From Phoronis australis (lineage: Eukaryota > Animalia > Phoronida), in contig NMRA01000162.1 of the NCBI GenBank assembly GCA_002633005.1, positions 489,632-553,631 of the forward strand: a DNA stretch of 64,000 bases, given 5' to 3'. The notes beneath the pieces were generated by a model, which saw nothing but the letters and a program-made list of their open reading frames with translations, had not been told where the DNA came from and made no database searches. A program made the position numbers and the translations under genes. This document shows positions 27,077-40,559 of this stretch, in pieces; position 1 is the first letter of the stretch, and every line of letters starts with the position of its first letter.

Positions 27077-27672
27077 AACGTAACAACATCACATACATGT
27101 AGAGTGTTGTATACATTTCAGAGAAAGGAATACAAAAACACCCTTTGCATACTATTTTCCCCAAAATAGGCAGAGTTTCTCAACCAATCTTGATATTGTA
27201 GAATTTTCTTTTGACCTATCTTACTTGAGAATTCATACAGGAAATCCTATAGCTTGAGCATCAGAATATTCCACATTTAAAGCAATCTAATGTTTAACAA
27301 GGGTAATTTCATCAATGGTGTGCACTGCTGTCCAAGAGGACCGTTGCTGCTGTACGCCATAGTGTAAAGGTGCTTGAAATAGCAACATCGACATGAGCAA
27401 TAATTGAAAGTTATTATGACATATACAATGTATTTACTAATGGCAAAAATTGGCCTCCGAATCAATATTACGGGATGTCATTTCTTTGTCTTATAAATCA
27501 TGGTACAGCACCATATTAGTGTAAATCTTCTACATGTACGTGACAGTAAAATTAAACAGCAGCAGTGAGATTTTGGAAAGGAGTTAATGGACATGTATAT
27601 GTAGTGAACTACATGAAGATAAGTCGAAGTTGTCACAGAACAAAAACGCGGTTACCATTAGCAAGTGGTTAG

Positions 27673-27975
27673 CAGTGGCGGATTTAGGGGGGGGGTGGAA
27701 GGGGCCCCCCTCAAATTATACCAGATACCATTTGGGAGTTCGGGTGCGAATTGCTGATTAGCAGATGAGCACAACCAGGGGAGCTCGGGGTGAATAAACG
27801 ATGCATATGCCCTAGTGAACAACCCCGTTACCGTTTTTTTAGTCAACAGGTCAACGAACCCAAAAATCCGAGACCCTTGCATCCCCACATTTTAAGCTGG
27901 GCACACGCATCTGCCGAAATTCTGTTTTTTCCTGTGCCATGGCCCCCCTAACTCAAAATCCTGGATCCGCCCCTG
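27673..27975. mobile_element. hAT-like MITE with a 5-bp TSD (GTTAG)
   Basis: TIRs CAGTGGCGGAT / ATCCGCCCCTG, with GTTAG at 27668-27672 and 27976-27980. Confidence 0.75.
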
Positions 27976-30404
27976 GTTAGCATGAGACAGGTTAGGCCCA
28001 CGTGTCTGTCAGAACAAAGCAAAATACACATTTCACCAGACACACTTGAACTGAGTTTTAAATGGTAGCTTTAGACTCTATCACCAAAACTGAAGTTAAA
28101 CTGAAATTTACAAATATTTTGTACTATTTTAATGAAAATATTTCACCAATTTGGGCCACTTTTTGCAATTTAGAGAAGTTTTTACTGGTTTTGTTTGATA
28201 CATTTGACCAAAAAAGTTCAAGTTCAGTTTGAACCTCGGAAAGCTCAACAGGGTTCTTGAAAAATGACTGAGTTTACCTTTTTGGAAGTGTTCATAACTG
28301 GAAACGGTGAGATAAAGTGAAAAAATTTGATGAGGAATAGATTAGGACACGATTGGTGAGTATGACGTTGAGTGTACACTTTCAGGAATTTTCCAAGTAG
28401 GAAAGAGACAAGACAGTAAGTTAAATAAGTACATTTTCTCATACTTTTAGTATTAAAATAAAAATGTAAATTAACGGTTGATAGGAGAATTGATTAGCCA
28501 ACAGTTTGATATAAATATCATTAAAATTGGTTCAATTACAGCCATTCAGCAGCTGAAAGTTTATCTCCTAACTATAAGTCACAAGAAATCACCAGTGAGT
28601 GAAATTGTGTGAAATGTCTGCATTAATTCGATTTTTAAAAGTACTCATTAATGCCCCCATTTGCTGTAATGGATATCAATAGAAAGACGAAGGTTTAAAT
28701 ATTTCGCTGGCATACTTTTTTCCACCACTTTGCATCCCAATAGATACATGTATGAGCTTGTGAAAATCATGAAAAATGGCAAATTTTCGCTCTTGCCGAA
28801 TTTTGGCTATATTGGTTTGCTTTGTATTGTAGACGTTACGAGTGACACATGAGATAATACTACATTTAGGTCGAACCAAAATTCCTACAAACTTCAAACT
28901 AAATCCCACCGTAAACGACTGCGAATTCAACCATATGAAGAGATTTATCCAATTAACCTTTTCACTGACCCAAAAGCTTCGATTCTTGTGTTGAACTGTT
29001 GCAGTATTCAGGCCCATCAACAACAACTTGTCAAGTTAGTTCCGACACGTTTTGTAGCAAAAATCAGACTTGTGTGGCTGGCCTATAGGATTTAGTTTGC
29101 ATAAAATACAGCAAGTTAGTTTCAAACTCAAAACTTTTCTCGAAATGCGCGAAATAAAACCAAAGTTTACCCTCGTTGCTACGAAGCCAACTAAGACACC
29201 GAAGTTTTGAATACTGCTCACGCACGTTCGCGTGAGGCCGCGAGACTTGAGGGAGTCGCGAATCTCTGAACGCGTATCTATGGTTACACCTAACAGAGTG
29301 GCCTCTTTTTTTGATGTGAGCCTGACACCAAATAATCCACCGCTCACTCTCACATTTTATTGTACTGCGTCAGAAATAGTTAAGGAGTCGGTAATGTATG
29401 TGATCAAAGTAAAGCGTTTGTTGTGTAATCTGCCTAAATCAGTTAGACAACTCTTTGCGCGGAAAACCAGTCATTAACTGACTGGGCAAAGTAATGACGC
29501 CGACAAATTGAATAGAAAAAAACCTTATATAATACCCTGTTCGCTTGGCATTGTGAACGACATGAACGTCTTTTATCCCCTTTAGGTGTCCCAACAAGTT
29601 TTGGATAAATGAAGGATACGTTTTCCACAATATGTATTGCTATATGTAACGTACATGTATATAAATAGTAAAATCAGCGTTCAGTAGTGGCATCACAAAA
29701 TTCATCAAAAATACAGGAAATACGCCCAAAATCTACTAATTAATGGAAAACGTATAATTTTGGGTATTATCATCGAATTATTATCATTTCTTGCTCTGTT
29801 ACCCGTAAGAACAGAACACATCAATAGACTCTTCGCCCTTCACTTTGTCAAACGTTTTGAATCATTTCACATCACAAGCCCTACAGATGAGCACAGGAAC
29901 TTTATTCTCTCTTGTATTTTTGACCCTTTCACTCCCACTGAAAACCAAGCTAGACTAAGAAAAATAGGGACAAAAATGCAAAATCGGCCCTTTTCACCCC
30001 AAAACCACCACTTTCCTGCCGATGCGCGACTTAAGCCAACATCAGATTCCGATATCAAATTTCCTACCGATTCCAAAACTGTGGTTCAAAAGTTCTGTCA
30101 ACCAACTAGTTTTTTTTCAAATCTGGCTTGTTTGAGGGCTACCTCAGTGAAATCGCTTTCTCAGCATGTTCACAAAAAACAAACCACATTCGATTACTTG
30201 GCCTACATGCAATACCTAACTTAAGATTGCCCGCAAGCCTGGCCTACCCCTAGATCATAATATTTTGGGAGTGCAAATTGGCCGCGGCCGCAGCCTAACT
30301 GTTCCGTGCCACCTACATGTAAATCGGAACAATTCCTAAACTGTTGCGCGTTTTAGGAATCCGCAAACGGGCCTGCGCAGTATATGAACTTACCCCGGTT
30401 TAGC

Positions 30405-30423
30405 TTACGTCATCCTTATATAA
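30405..30423 (+). promoter_or_regulatory. Candidate core promoter of the SABATH gene (CRE-like TTACGTCA plus TATATAA box)
   Basis: TTACGTCA at 30405-30412 and TATATAA at 30417-30423, about 115 nt upstream of the ATG in a CpG-rich patch. Confidence 0.45.
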
Positions 30424-30535
30424 CACAAGTCAACATAACGCGCAACACTGTAATTCGTAGAAGGAGCTCAGGGCGCGGTCGGGTCGTACTTTCGCTCACA
30501 ACTGTCGTCAGGATTGCCACCTGGGACTGTGCAGC

Positions 30536-30656
30536 ATGGCAACAACGGATGGCTACACCCCTTATGTTGACGAAAACGAAGGGTTCAGTGATGATCATCT
30601 GCTGAGATGTGCTGCTATCGCTAGACGTATTAGACCTGTGATTTTAAAAGCAATCG
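30536..30656 (+). CDS. SABATH-family (Methyltransf_7) methyltransferase, exon 1 (MATTDGYTPYVDENEGFSDDHLLRCAAIARRIRPVILKAI)
   Basis: Good Kozak context (AGCATGG) and GTAAGT donor (phase 1). Resembles the PY..G.GFYS...C...PLVL.AI N-terminus of invertebrate SABATH-like proteins as I recall them. Confidence 0.7.
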
Positions 30657-31156
30657 GTAAGTACTTACAACTCTCCCACCAATTCAGAGGTTAGGGATAG
30701 GTCTGAGCTATTTGCGTGAAGTAGCCCTAACTTACAGTCTTGTTTTAGACTTGAGTTCGAACCCTCGGCCTAACTCTGAGTCTGGGTTTCACATTTAGTT
30801 TCCCTTTTGCAGTGATCTAAAAGATCAAGGACTACCTGATACTACGCCTCGTCACCAATTGCAGACAATTTTATACACACTATGCCAACGGAAACCAAAA
30901 CTGAAGTGTGACGTATCTTTAATCCTCAGATTCCACATATAGGTTTACTGTCGATCTACCTTACTTTTCACGTTATAACGCCACGTTATCACGTGAAAAG
31001 TAAGATATTGCAACGAGGCCCCGCAAACGCCACAGCCGTTAGTCGTATCAATACAACACGTTATCTAATCGCATTTTTTTATCAAGCTCGCGAGTTTGAT
31101 AACAATATGATTAGATAACGTACTACGTGTCAACACCCATGTAGCTCGATACTGAT

Positions 31157-31314
31157 GTGCGTTCAGTAAGGCTAGCACCTAATCTAGGACCTGTAGCTAA
31201 AATCTAACCAGTCACGTGTTATAATCTAAAATACACGGCAATGTCCAGCTCATGTAATCTTGCGAAGTCATGCTTTTTGACGAGGTCCAAGCGTTACACA
31301 ACGGGAGGCAGGTT
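31157..31314 (-). mobile_element. MITE family B copy
   Basis: GCGTTCAGTAAGGCTAG...CGAGGTCCAAGCGTTACACAACGGGAGGCAGGTTA. Confidence 0.65.
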
Positions 31315-31869
31315 ACCCGAGCTGAAGCGACAACCAGAAAAGTGTATTAGGTGAAATATGTTTCTACAGTTGCCAATATATGCAGAGGTCTGTGGCAACG
31401 GCGGTAACTGAAAGTATTGATTTGGATTTACTTTGGCTGGACCAAAATCGTTGAAATTTCAACAGGAACAGCTAGCATAACGCATGCCTCAGTTTCTCCT
31501 AGAGCGTAGCAGTAGGGGCTTTCACTATACTAACGTCCGTCGATGGTTTGGGGAGTTGCAGTCAGTATGAACGCTTAATTTCGGTCCTGGATCGAAGTTA
31601 GCGGCTCCAGTTTTTTTATAATTTTTTTATTCTCCCTGTTCAACATAAGTAAGGACAAAGGTCTGGGGTTCCCTTGCCTTACTTTACAATTCAATGAAAA
31701 TAAAGTTTACAAAGTTAAATGTATACTTGAACCGGATTTTTGAAATACATTTAACAAAAAGAAAAAAACCATACAAGACAGTGTAGTAGTATATGGCTCT
31801 GAAAAGGGGAGAGGGCATTTTGGAATAAAATATCCTTACATTGCTACTAAATTATGCATTTGTGACCAC

Positions 31870-34800
31870 CTGTTTGTAATTTTTTCCATTTGTAAATTTT
31901 TTGAATAATTATGTTTTTCACAGGAGTAATAAGTGTTATTTTTTTGTTAATACAATTAAACTTGGAGATTTACCCTTGAGACGTTACTTATATAAATGGA
32001 ACTTGCAGAGACACAAGATTAAATTTTGAATTAGCTGCCTTGTGCATCTGTTTCCAAAGAAAATTGTAAGCACATTTGTACCTAGGGAAATATTGGTTTT
32101 GTTTCTAACCCAATCTTCAACATTGTTCCAAAAATTTTGAACAACATCACATTGCCAGTATAAGTGAAGCAAAGTCTCAGGTTCACTCTTACAAAACGTA
32201 CACAAGGGGGAGTTACTGACCCCAATTTTGACAAGATAAGAGTTACAGCTAATTACTCTATGTGACAGTCTAAATTGAAACCAACGAAGTTTCACATCAA
32301 GTGTAAAGTTCACAAAGTAGGCATTTTCCCACCATTCAATAGTGTCTGGTATAGCAAGTTCTGCCTGCCACTTCATCTCAGATCTAGGCCTGGCATATTT
32401 GTTTGGCACAAAAGTGTTGTATAGATATTTTGTGCCTTTTTTGTCTGCAAGTACTAATTTCACAAAAAATGGGATAGAGGGTGTATAGAAGGAAAACTTG
32501 TCTCTTTTTGAGATTTTCCATTTTTGACAAATAGCCTCTTTGAGCCCATAAAAATTCAAAAATATTGGTCTTAAAATGAAGTTTTTGCAAAAATCCTCAA
32601 AAGATAACAAATATCCATGCTCGTCTAGTAGTTTTGAGATATCATAAACACCCTTTTCAAACCATCTTCTCCAAAATACAGTTTTTCCACCAATCAATAC
32701 CAAATTGGCTGATATGGTATTTCCTCCTGATCTATTATATTAGAAAAATCATACAGAAGGTTAAATAGTTCCTTCCAAAAAGGATTCTCAGTTTGAGATG
32801 CTGCATATTTGTGGAAAATTTTCCCAAATTTTAGACACTCCAATGATATCAAATCAGTGTTTAAGAGGAGACTTAACCATGCTGTAGAATTTGTGGCTTT
32901 TAAGAACCTACGCATCCATGTTATCTTAATTGCCTCTACAAAAGAGTAAATATCTATCATTTTACAACCACCAAATTCATAATGTTGAATCATGGTTTTG
33001 CGCCTAATTTTGTCACACCTCCCTCCCCAAATATAATGAAAAAACATTTTTTCTAAATCTTTACAGAACAGATTGCTGGGGATTGGCAAACATGGTAAAA
33101 CATGAATCAGTTTTGGTAGAAGAAATGATTTGACCACAGTAACAAGAGTACTTAAGTTTCTTTTTGACCATCTTATAATTTCCTTTTTAATATCAACCAA
33201 CTTGCGATCAAAATTTAGATTTCTCATTTCCTGGATGTCAGTAGAAAAAACAACCCCGAGCATACTAAACTGTGAGCTAGACCATTTTTTAAAAGTCCTT
33301 TTCAGAACAACCCTTGAATTACTTTGCCTCATAGAACCTATCCAAACACAAGTTGTTTTTTCTAAATTAGGAGTTAGACCTGAATACTTCGAGAACTGGT
33401 CAAGCAGATCAAGAGAGTTTTTTAATGATCTTTCGCAACCATCGAGGATGCTAGCAGTGTCATCTGCATATTGGACTAGTTTAAATTCTTGAGCTCCAAT
33501 CTGTATACCTTTTATATTTTTGTTTTTCCTAAAGAGATTTCCTATAATCTCAGGGTATAGTAGAAAAAGATAGGGAGATAAAGGGTCTCCTTGTTTACAA
33601 CCTCTACCCATTTCAAAGAATTGAGAGGTTTTTCCATATTGAATTACACAAGCCATAGCTCCCTCATTGAGCAACGATACCCACTTTTTGATGTTTGGGC
33701 CAAAATTAAAAAAAAGACAGGCTTTTTTGTAGAAATACCCAGGACACTGAGTCGAACGCCTCCTTTCAAAATCCACCAGGACCAGTAATCCAGGGATATT
33801 CAATTGATCAGTTGCACAGATAAGATCATAAATTAATCGAATATTTTCGCCAATAAATCTACCAGCAATAAAACCTTTCTGGTTTTCGTGGATCAAGCAA
33901 TTTAAGACAGACATAACACGTTCAGCAATACATGCTGAAATTAATTGATAATTTATATTGAGCAATGAAATTGGCCTCCAGTTTTTTAGTAGTTCCCTAG
34001 GTTTGTTAGCTTTTGGGATAATTTGGATCACACCTTGTTTTACAGCGGATGGTAGGGAATTCTGTGAAAACATACATTTAAAAGCTGCAACTAAATCATC
34101 TCCCAAATCTGACCAGAAAAATTTGTAAAATTCCCCTGTAAAATCGTCGGGACCTGGAGTCTTATTATTTTTCATCTTTTTGAGAACAAATAGAATTTCA
34201 TCATGCATGTAAGTAATATTTCCTTCCAATGAATCTCTTATCCTTAAGTTTTGGTGAATCAGTGTTTTCCAAAATTACATCTAAATCATATTGGGAAAAG
34301 TGGTGATCCTTTGAGGCATAAAGATTGGAGTAAAATTTTTTTATTTCTTCCAGAATTCCCTTTTGACTACAGATCAATGTACCATTGTCATCTATTAAAC
34401 TTGAGATATTTTTATTAACAAAATTACGTTTTTCTAAATTACTAAAATATCTTGTTGGTTTTTCACCATTTTCTATCCACTGAGCACGAGATCTCAATAT
34501 TATACGGTCGACGAATTCCTTTCTAATTTCTTCATACTCGACCTGAAGAATTTCTAGCCAATCACTAAAAAATTGAGAATCAGTATTCTGAACGAACTGG
34601 TGGACAGTATTTATTAATCTTTCTAAATGTAGTTTTCTGTTTTTATTTCTTTATTTTTGAAAGCACTATATGACAGAGTGAAGGATCTAATGTTTAGTAG
34701 GAAAATGTTAAACAGTAAAGCTTTGTCAATGTCAGAAGCATATACACTTTTGGTGTCTTGAATAATAATTTTTACTTGCTCCACATACTTTTTGTCCCGG

Positions 34801-35563
34801 AGTAGAGAATTATTAAATTTCCATAAGCCTCTGCCACGTTCAAAAGAGTGCAATTTTATCTCCAACCGAATGGCTGAATGGTCAGTTCTGTAGCCTGGGA
34901 TTATTTCTACTGTGTTTAACAAAGATAATAACTCGTCGGAAATTAGAAAAAAGTCAAGGCGAGATTTCTTAACTGGGTTTTCCTACTCCATGTAAAAGAG
35001 GTACGGTCCGGATTGTAAACTCTCCAAGGGTCAACTAAATTAAATGTTTGCTTTAAATTTAAAACTGCTTTTCTAACCTGAGGATTGTTCAGATTGAAAT
35101 AACCAAAACAGTCCCGGTCATATTCTTGGACCAAATTCCAATCTCCGCACAGAACAATAAATTCGGAGTTGAACAGAGAGATGCGATCTGCAACGTTTTC
35201 ATAAAAATGTTTAGAATCTTGGTTAGGACCGTACAGTATATGCGGGCTAGCGTAACTGTGATAATTTTTCCAGCACTATTTCAATAATTAATAGATTCCC
35301 TTTCTCGTCATTGTAACTATTTGTAATTTCATATTCAAAATTATTATTAATTAGGATAGTGACACCCCGTGCATCCCTTCTACCTGGACTCACAAAAATG
35401 TCAAAGCCCCACTGGGCCCTAATCATATCATGGTCTGATTCTATGAAATGTGTGGTTTGGAGACAATAAATATTATAGTTTTTCCCTTTAGATAATTAAA
35501 AACATCCTTAGGCTTTTGAAAATTTAGTAAACCTCTGCAGTTTAAAGATATAACGTTAATCAT
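31870..35563 (-). pseudogene. LINE ORF2 (APE endonuclease, reverse transcriptase, C-terminal zinc finger), frameshifted
   Basis: Starts MINVISLNCRGL...CLQTTHF. Contains TDHSAI, GRGLWKFNNSLL, KTPGPDDF, NWRPISLLN, GCKQGDPLSPYLF, QYADD and CTFCKSEPETLLHLYWQC, split across several frames. Confidence 0.92.
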
Positions 35564-36094
35564 CTTTTAAATACTAGGTAAACGTCAATAAAAAGACAAG
35601 GATAAGCAGATTCACAGACCTGCAAGCAAAAACTCCAATATATGACTTCCGAGCTATGTGATAAGTAGGTCTTATAAAGGCAATATCTCCCTTCCCAGAT
35701 ATAAGTCAATGTTACATCGTTACAAAACTCTACAAAAACACAAATGCAAAAACCTTCCCTAGCATCCTGGTTCACCGGCGTGGGAAAGAATTTTTGTACA
35801 TTCAACCAGAAAAAAAATAGACAAATAGACAAGTAGCACTAACAAAGCATAGTTTGATCTGAGCTAGTTTAATACAGAAAAGATAAGTACCGAGGGTAAG
35901 TCAGAGCCACACCAGCGCAGATGCACTATAAACAGCCAGTAAAGCCTGCCGAGATTTGCCATAATCAAATCCCTGTTACAGGGATAACAAAAAAAAGAAA
36001 AACAGGAAAAAACAATAAGGCGCTGGCATTAACATTTAACATTGGCCAATGAAAATACTTAAATAGTGACTAAACACAAAGTACTGGGATGTAG

Positions 36095-36958
36095 TTACGC
36101 TGTAAATGTTCTCCATGGTTCTTCATTGCTTTTCCGTACCTCCAACCAAATCATCTCAGGAGCTTCCTTGATGCGAGTGAACATCTTCTGCTGCTTTCTC
36201 AAATCATAGGCGATGTGTGCCAGCACTCCTCTCTTCTGCTTTAACAATGGCGGCAGGTCGGTACGGACAGCAAGACCCTTCTCTCTCAACTTTGACCCTG
36301 CAGCTAGAATGTTGTAACGGTCACTCTTAATCACAAATTTAACAACAATTGCTCTAGGAGCATCTGGTTTTCTGGACTGCTGAGGTTTCTACAATCTGTG
36401 GCAGTTAGAAAACATGAGCGACTTCACATAACTGTGCTGAAGTAGAAGTTTTTCTTCTATGAAGCCTTTGACTAGCTGCTCAACATTTTCACTGCTTGTG
36501 TCACGAATGGGTTCATTTATACCGTAGAACAAGAGATTGTATCTCCTACACCTCCATTCATCATAAGCCAAACGCTTTTGCAGAATGTCAACATAGTCAA
36601 GCCTACGGAGGTTTGCCTCTTGAATATTATTTTCCACTGCGGCTAGTCTGTTAGAAATAAATTCTTGTGATGTTTCTAAATCCAACATTTTGTCCTCAAC
36701 CTTAGAAAATCTATCAGAGAACAATGCTTCCAAACGGGTAATTGACTCGATAATTAGCGACTTCAATTTGGACAAAGTTACCGTTCCCTCTGAATCTGAG
36801 CTCACTTCCGGTGGGGAAACTGTCATGTCGGCCTCACAGCCACTGGCGATAGCAACATTACCAGAGCTTTTACAGGTTGAAGCGTTTTCCTCCGCATTCG
36901 TTTCTTCTTGTATTGTGCTTTGTGAACGAAGTGCTTTTCGTTGACTCTTTCCCGGCAT
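36095..36958 (-). pseudogene. LINE ORF1 (coiled coil plus RRM-like, L1 transposase_22-like) with one in-frame stop
   Basis: MPGKSQRK...heptads...RRYNLLFYGINE...CHRL*...RAIVVKF...RTDLP. The two ORF-track pieces share a frame. Confidence 0.85.
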
Positions 36959-39620
36959 GGTTTTCAAAATTTTTGACAAAATTCCCAGGAGGACAGATTA
37001 GAGCGCTTTCATAGGCCAAGACCGGAACCGGAAGTCGTTAGCAGCTCCAGTTAACATCGCATCTCAAAGGTGGATTTAACGGCGCAGCGTCGACGCTGCG
37101 GTGCTGTACGAGCGGTAATTAACTTCGGTCCACTCGAAGTTATCGCCAGGTGACACTGTTATCAGATTCGGCCTAGTGTATGCTCATATTTTGCTGCAAT
37201 AATAACCACTCTATTTAAAAATAAGTCTAAGGTCAATTAGCACATGTAAATGTTCCCAAACCTTGCGATAACTTCGATGACGACATCGTCACCTCCCGTT
37301 TACTTAATCGATGTTTATTAAAGACCTGGTCGCACGCGTTGTTAACCCTTATTACGTGGTTAGAGGATGTTATAAGGATCCAAGAAGTAATTACCCCATA
37401 ACTAATACAAGACCCGTACTCGAAAAAAGTTTAAATGAACGCGCCACTCACAATTCGCACCCGAAGAACCACCGCCATTTTGAACTTGCCGCGAACCCGG
37501 GAGTACAATGCATTCAGGAACCCAGGCTAGCCGCTAAGAAAACGCCGTCAGTGTGGATGGACGAGTGCCTGTTACCAGCTTGCAAACGGGGATAAAATAA
37601 TCGACAGCGCGCCTTAATTTTAATAAAATCAAATCATGGACAACTTTATCGAATTTGCTGAAGAAATGTGGCGAATAAATTTTGACAGAAATTATTTTGC
37701 TAGACCCGGGAGCGTATCGGACCGCGTGCCGATTGAGACCTGACACTGGCGAACGGTANGACTTACATGTAACTATTACCATGGTGACTGAATAGTGTTT
37801 CCTTACACCAGAAGTTGACAAGCACGATTAAAAAAATATGAAGTTGCAAGGAACAAGAATTGGAGGCTTGAAGCTTCACAATCCAACATAGCTTATTTTA
37901 CAAATTAAGAATATTCATATTGTTGACTTGATAACCTGAATTAAGAAGCAATAAGTTACAAAACATGACTTGAAAGCAATTGAGACTTAAAATTCAGAAA
38001 AATATGAATCATTTTGTGACACCGAATCAAGCCTTGAACAGCAGTTGACAACCAAACAAAAAACCATGTCAGAATTATTTCAACTATTTCTTTAGCTTAG
38101 TGTAAGATCACCTGAATGGGAAATTCACAGTAAAATAATTCGAACATATCTTATATTTTTGCACAAAAAAACACGAAAATTGAACAAAGTTCCTTTTTTG
38201 TAGCAACGCTTGTCAAAATGTATCAACGTTAAATCTTCACAAATTACAAGGTAGCCCATTGAACATGCCTTTCGCCATGTTGTCGGTGCCGCCAAAATGA
38301 GACGAAGTCCAACGGGAATTGTGAGCACATTTATCACTTATTGAGTAACAACAGCGAGCCTGAAATTTGGTGAACACTGATGAATCTTGCAAAATAGTAA
38401 GTAAAGATATGTCTAACTAAATTTCACCGTAATTTGTCGGCGAAAACAATTTACACAAAGTTTTAAACTCGTAACTTATCCCGCTGTCCTTCAATATGGC
38501 CGACGCGATCCAAAAAGTGACCCAAATTTCGCCACAAAAATTGCAATATCTTTACACTGCTTGCCCCGATTTTGATACTTTTTCGATTTTTTTGAGCAGA
38601 ATGCACTAACTTTTCGATGATAGCAAAGACCTTTTTCAAAAAGAAAAAAAATCAAAACGAAAAAAAAATTGGTTCGACCTATATTGGTTCCTAGGTTCGA
38701 CCGGCGTACTTAAGGAACTAAACACCAATGCTATTTTACCATAATAAGTAACATTCCAAAAAAATTCAACGACCACTATCTACAAACTATAAATACACTA
38801 CACACACAAACGAATCACGAGATATTACTAATAAAACGAAATAATGAAGACTTTTCGAGCAAGCCATAGTACATTCACTTACAACATAGACTGTTGTCTA
38901 TAATCTATGGTTACAAGGAAAAATGGCGGCGTTCAGGACAAGTTCCTGAACTGATGACCCGGAAATGTGGGTACGGAAATAACCGATGACAGCCGGTAAT
39001 TATACGCTCACAGAGAAGGGACAAATATTGTTAAAGTTCGCTTTTGGCAAGAAAGGCGAAAAGAATTTAAAGAAAGGGTGTCGAAAATAAGATTTTATGT
39101 AGTAAGTGTTTTCCGATACTGGAACCACATGGGCAGTTTGAGAGCAGGCCTTTAACTACTGTTAACTGCGCTGTTTACGTCGACGCTCCGCTCAGACCGG
39201 AGTTAAGTCTATATGAAACGGTCTTGTAACAATCAAGAAATTTCCACTATCACGATCTAATCTAGGATCACGCTCAGTCGATTAATCGTGTCCAGCGCAC
39301 CTTTTGTGTTTGTCCACAATACTATGGTTAAGCTGGGCAGAGCTTTACAGTCACACAAAGGAATCAACAGGTGAAAGTCAAGTCTAATTTTGCTGAAAGT
39401 CAACCGTTTTTCTACATTCAAATTTTTTTGTTGAAATCATTTAATTAGTACAAAACAATCTGCCTCACGACATTTAATTGAAAGTCATTTGCAAAAGTAT
39501 TTTAAACATCGGTTAGCGGCAGGCGTGCGGTTTACACTGAACTGCTGGACTACGTGAGCTTATCAGATGAATCTAGGAACCAATATGAGATTGGTTCCTA
39601 GGATGAATGCAGGCAATAAG

Positions 39621-39788
39621 AGACCTGCCTCCCGTTCAGTAACGTTTAGACCTCGTTAAAATGCATGACCTCGCGAGATTACATGAGATATTGCCATACA
39701 TTTTCAATGAGAACAGGTGATTTTGGCTAGATTTTAGCTACACTGTAGGTCCAAGCGTAGGTCCCAGCACTATTGAACGCACGCCTGG
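39621..39788 (+). mobile_element. MITE family B copy
   Basis: CCTGCCTCCCGTTCAGTAACGTTTAGACCTCG...TATTGAACGCACGCC. Confidence 0.7.
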
Positions 39789-40400
39789 ACTACGTAAACA
39801 TTGGCTTGCCACCGTCAAACTGGTAACGTACTGGCCAATCAGTCAATCGGGATATTCATTCGGGTGCGTAACATGTAGGAAGGTTAAAGTCATTGGTACG
39901 AGGGACACGCGTCTCCCGGACCCCTCTTCGTGTCATTATTCCACAGTGTGAAGTGTGTGTCACCAACTCAACGTTGCAGTTTCTGATATTTGTGGGGATC
40001 AAATAGATGGCGTAGGAGATTAGCATGTCGCGACATCTAGCGATTGAGAAATTCCACAAAACTGGGTATCGTTCCGGGCAGTTTTGGAGGTGTTATACAA
40101 CAAGCTCCAAATCTAGTGTCCAAGATACAATGAGAGCAAAAGACAAGTGATGCATTCGATTGTGATTGGTTTACTTGTAATGCCTGCCATTTAATCGAGC
40201 ATTGGCTTGGGCTCTTCAGGCCCCGGCCGTTGTCGGTTTTGCGCGGGGCGTGGTTCCAATTTCTAGAACGACGGACCTTTGCAAGCGTCGACACTGTAGA
40301 GTTGTCGGTAAGGCCGTTGTCGCAGCTTCATTAGGGGGAAGGGGAATCTGTATACACAACAATCACGCTTAGCTCTGTGTTCCGGAGATGAGACGGAATA

Positions 40401-40559
40401 CAGGGGCGGATCCAGGATTTTAAGTTGGGGGGCCAGGGCAGAGTATTAGCCAGGATTTTGCTCGTCAGACATTCGCACCCTCCAATTGCCAAATGGAATC
40501 TGGGAGAGTTTTAGGGGCATGGGCCATGGCCCCTTGACCCCCCTCTAAATACGCCACTG
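40401..40559. mobile_element. CAGGGGCGGATC MITE family copy
   Basis: CAGGGGCGGATCCAGGATTTT...AAATACGCCACTG. Confidence 0.7.

Larger units (their letters stand above)
31613..37036 (-). mobile_element. Full-length (~5.4 kb) decayed L1/Tx1-clade LINE, antisense in SABATH intron 1
   Basis: 16-bp TSD GTTAGC(G/A)GCTCCAGTT at 31597-31612 and 37037-37052. A-rich tail at the left, 5' end GACTTCCGG, and both ORF1 and ORF2 present. Confidence 0.93.

Noticed and set aside
29760-30224. 154-aa ORF upstream of the SABATH gene
   Set aside because: TTG start, no domain and no splice support; probably repeat-derived.
33130-36944. Plus-strand ORFs overlapping the LINE
   Set aside because: These are antisense shadows of ORF1 and ORF2.
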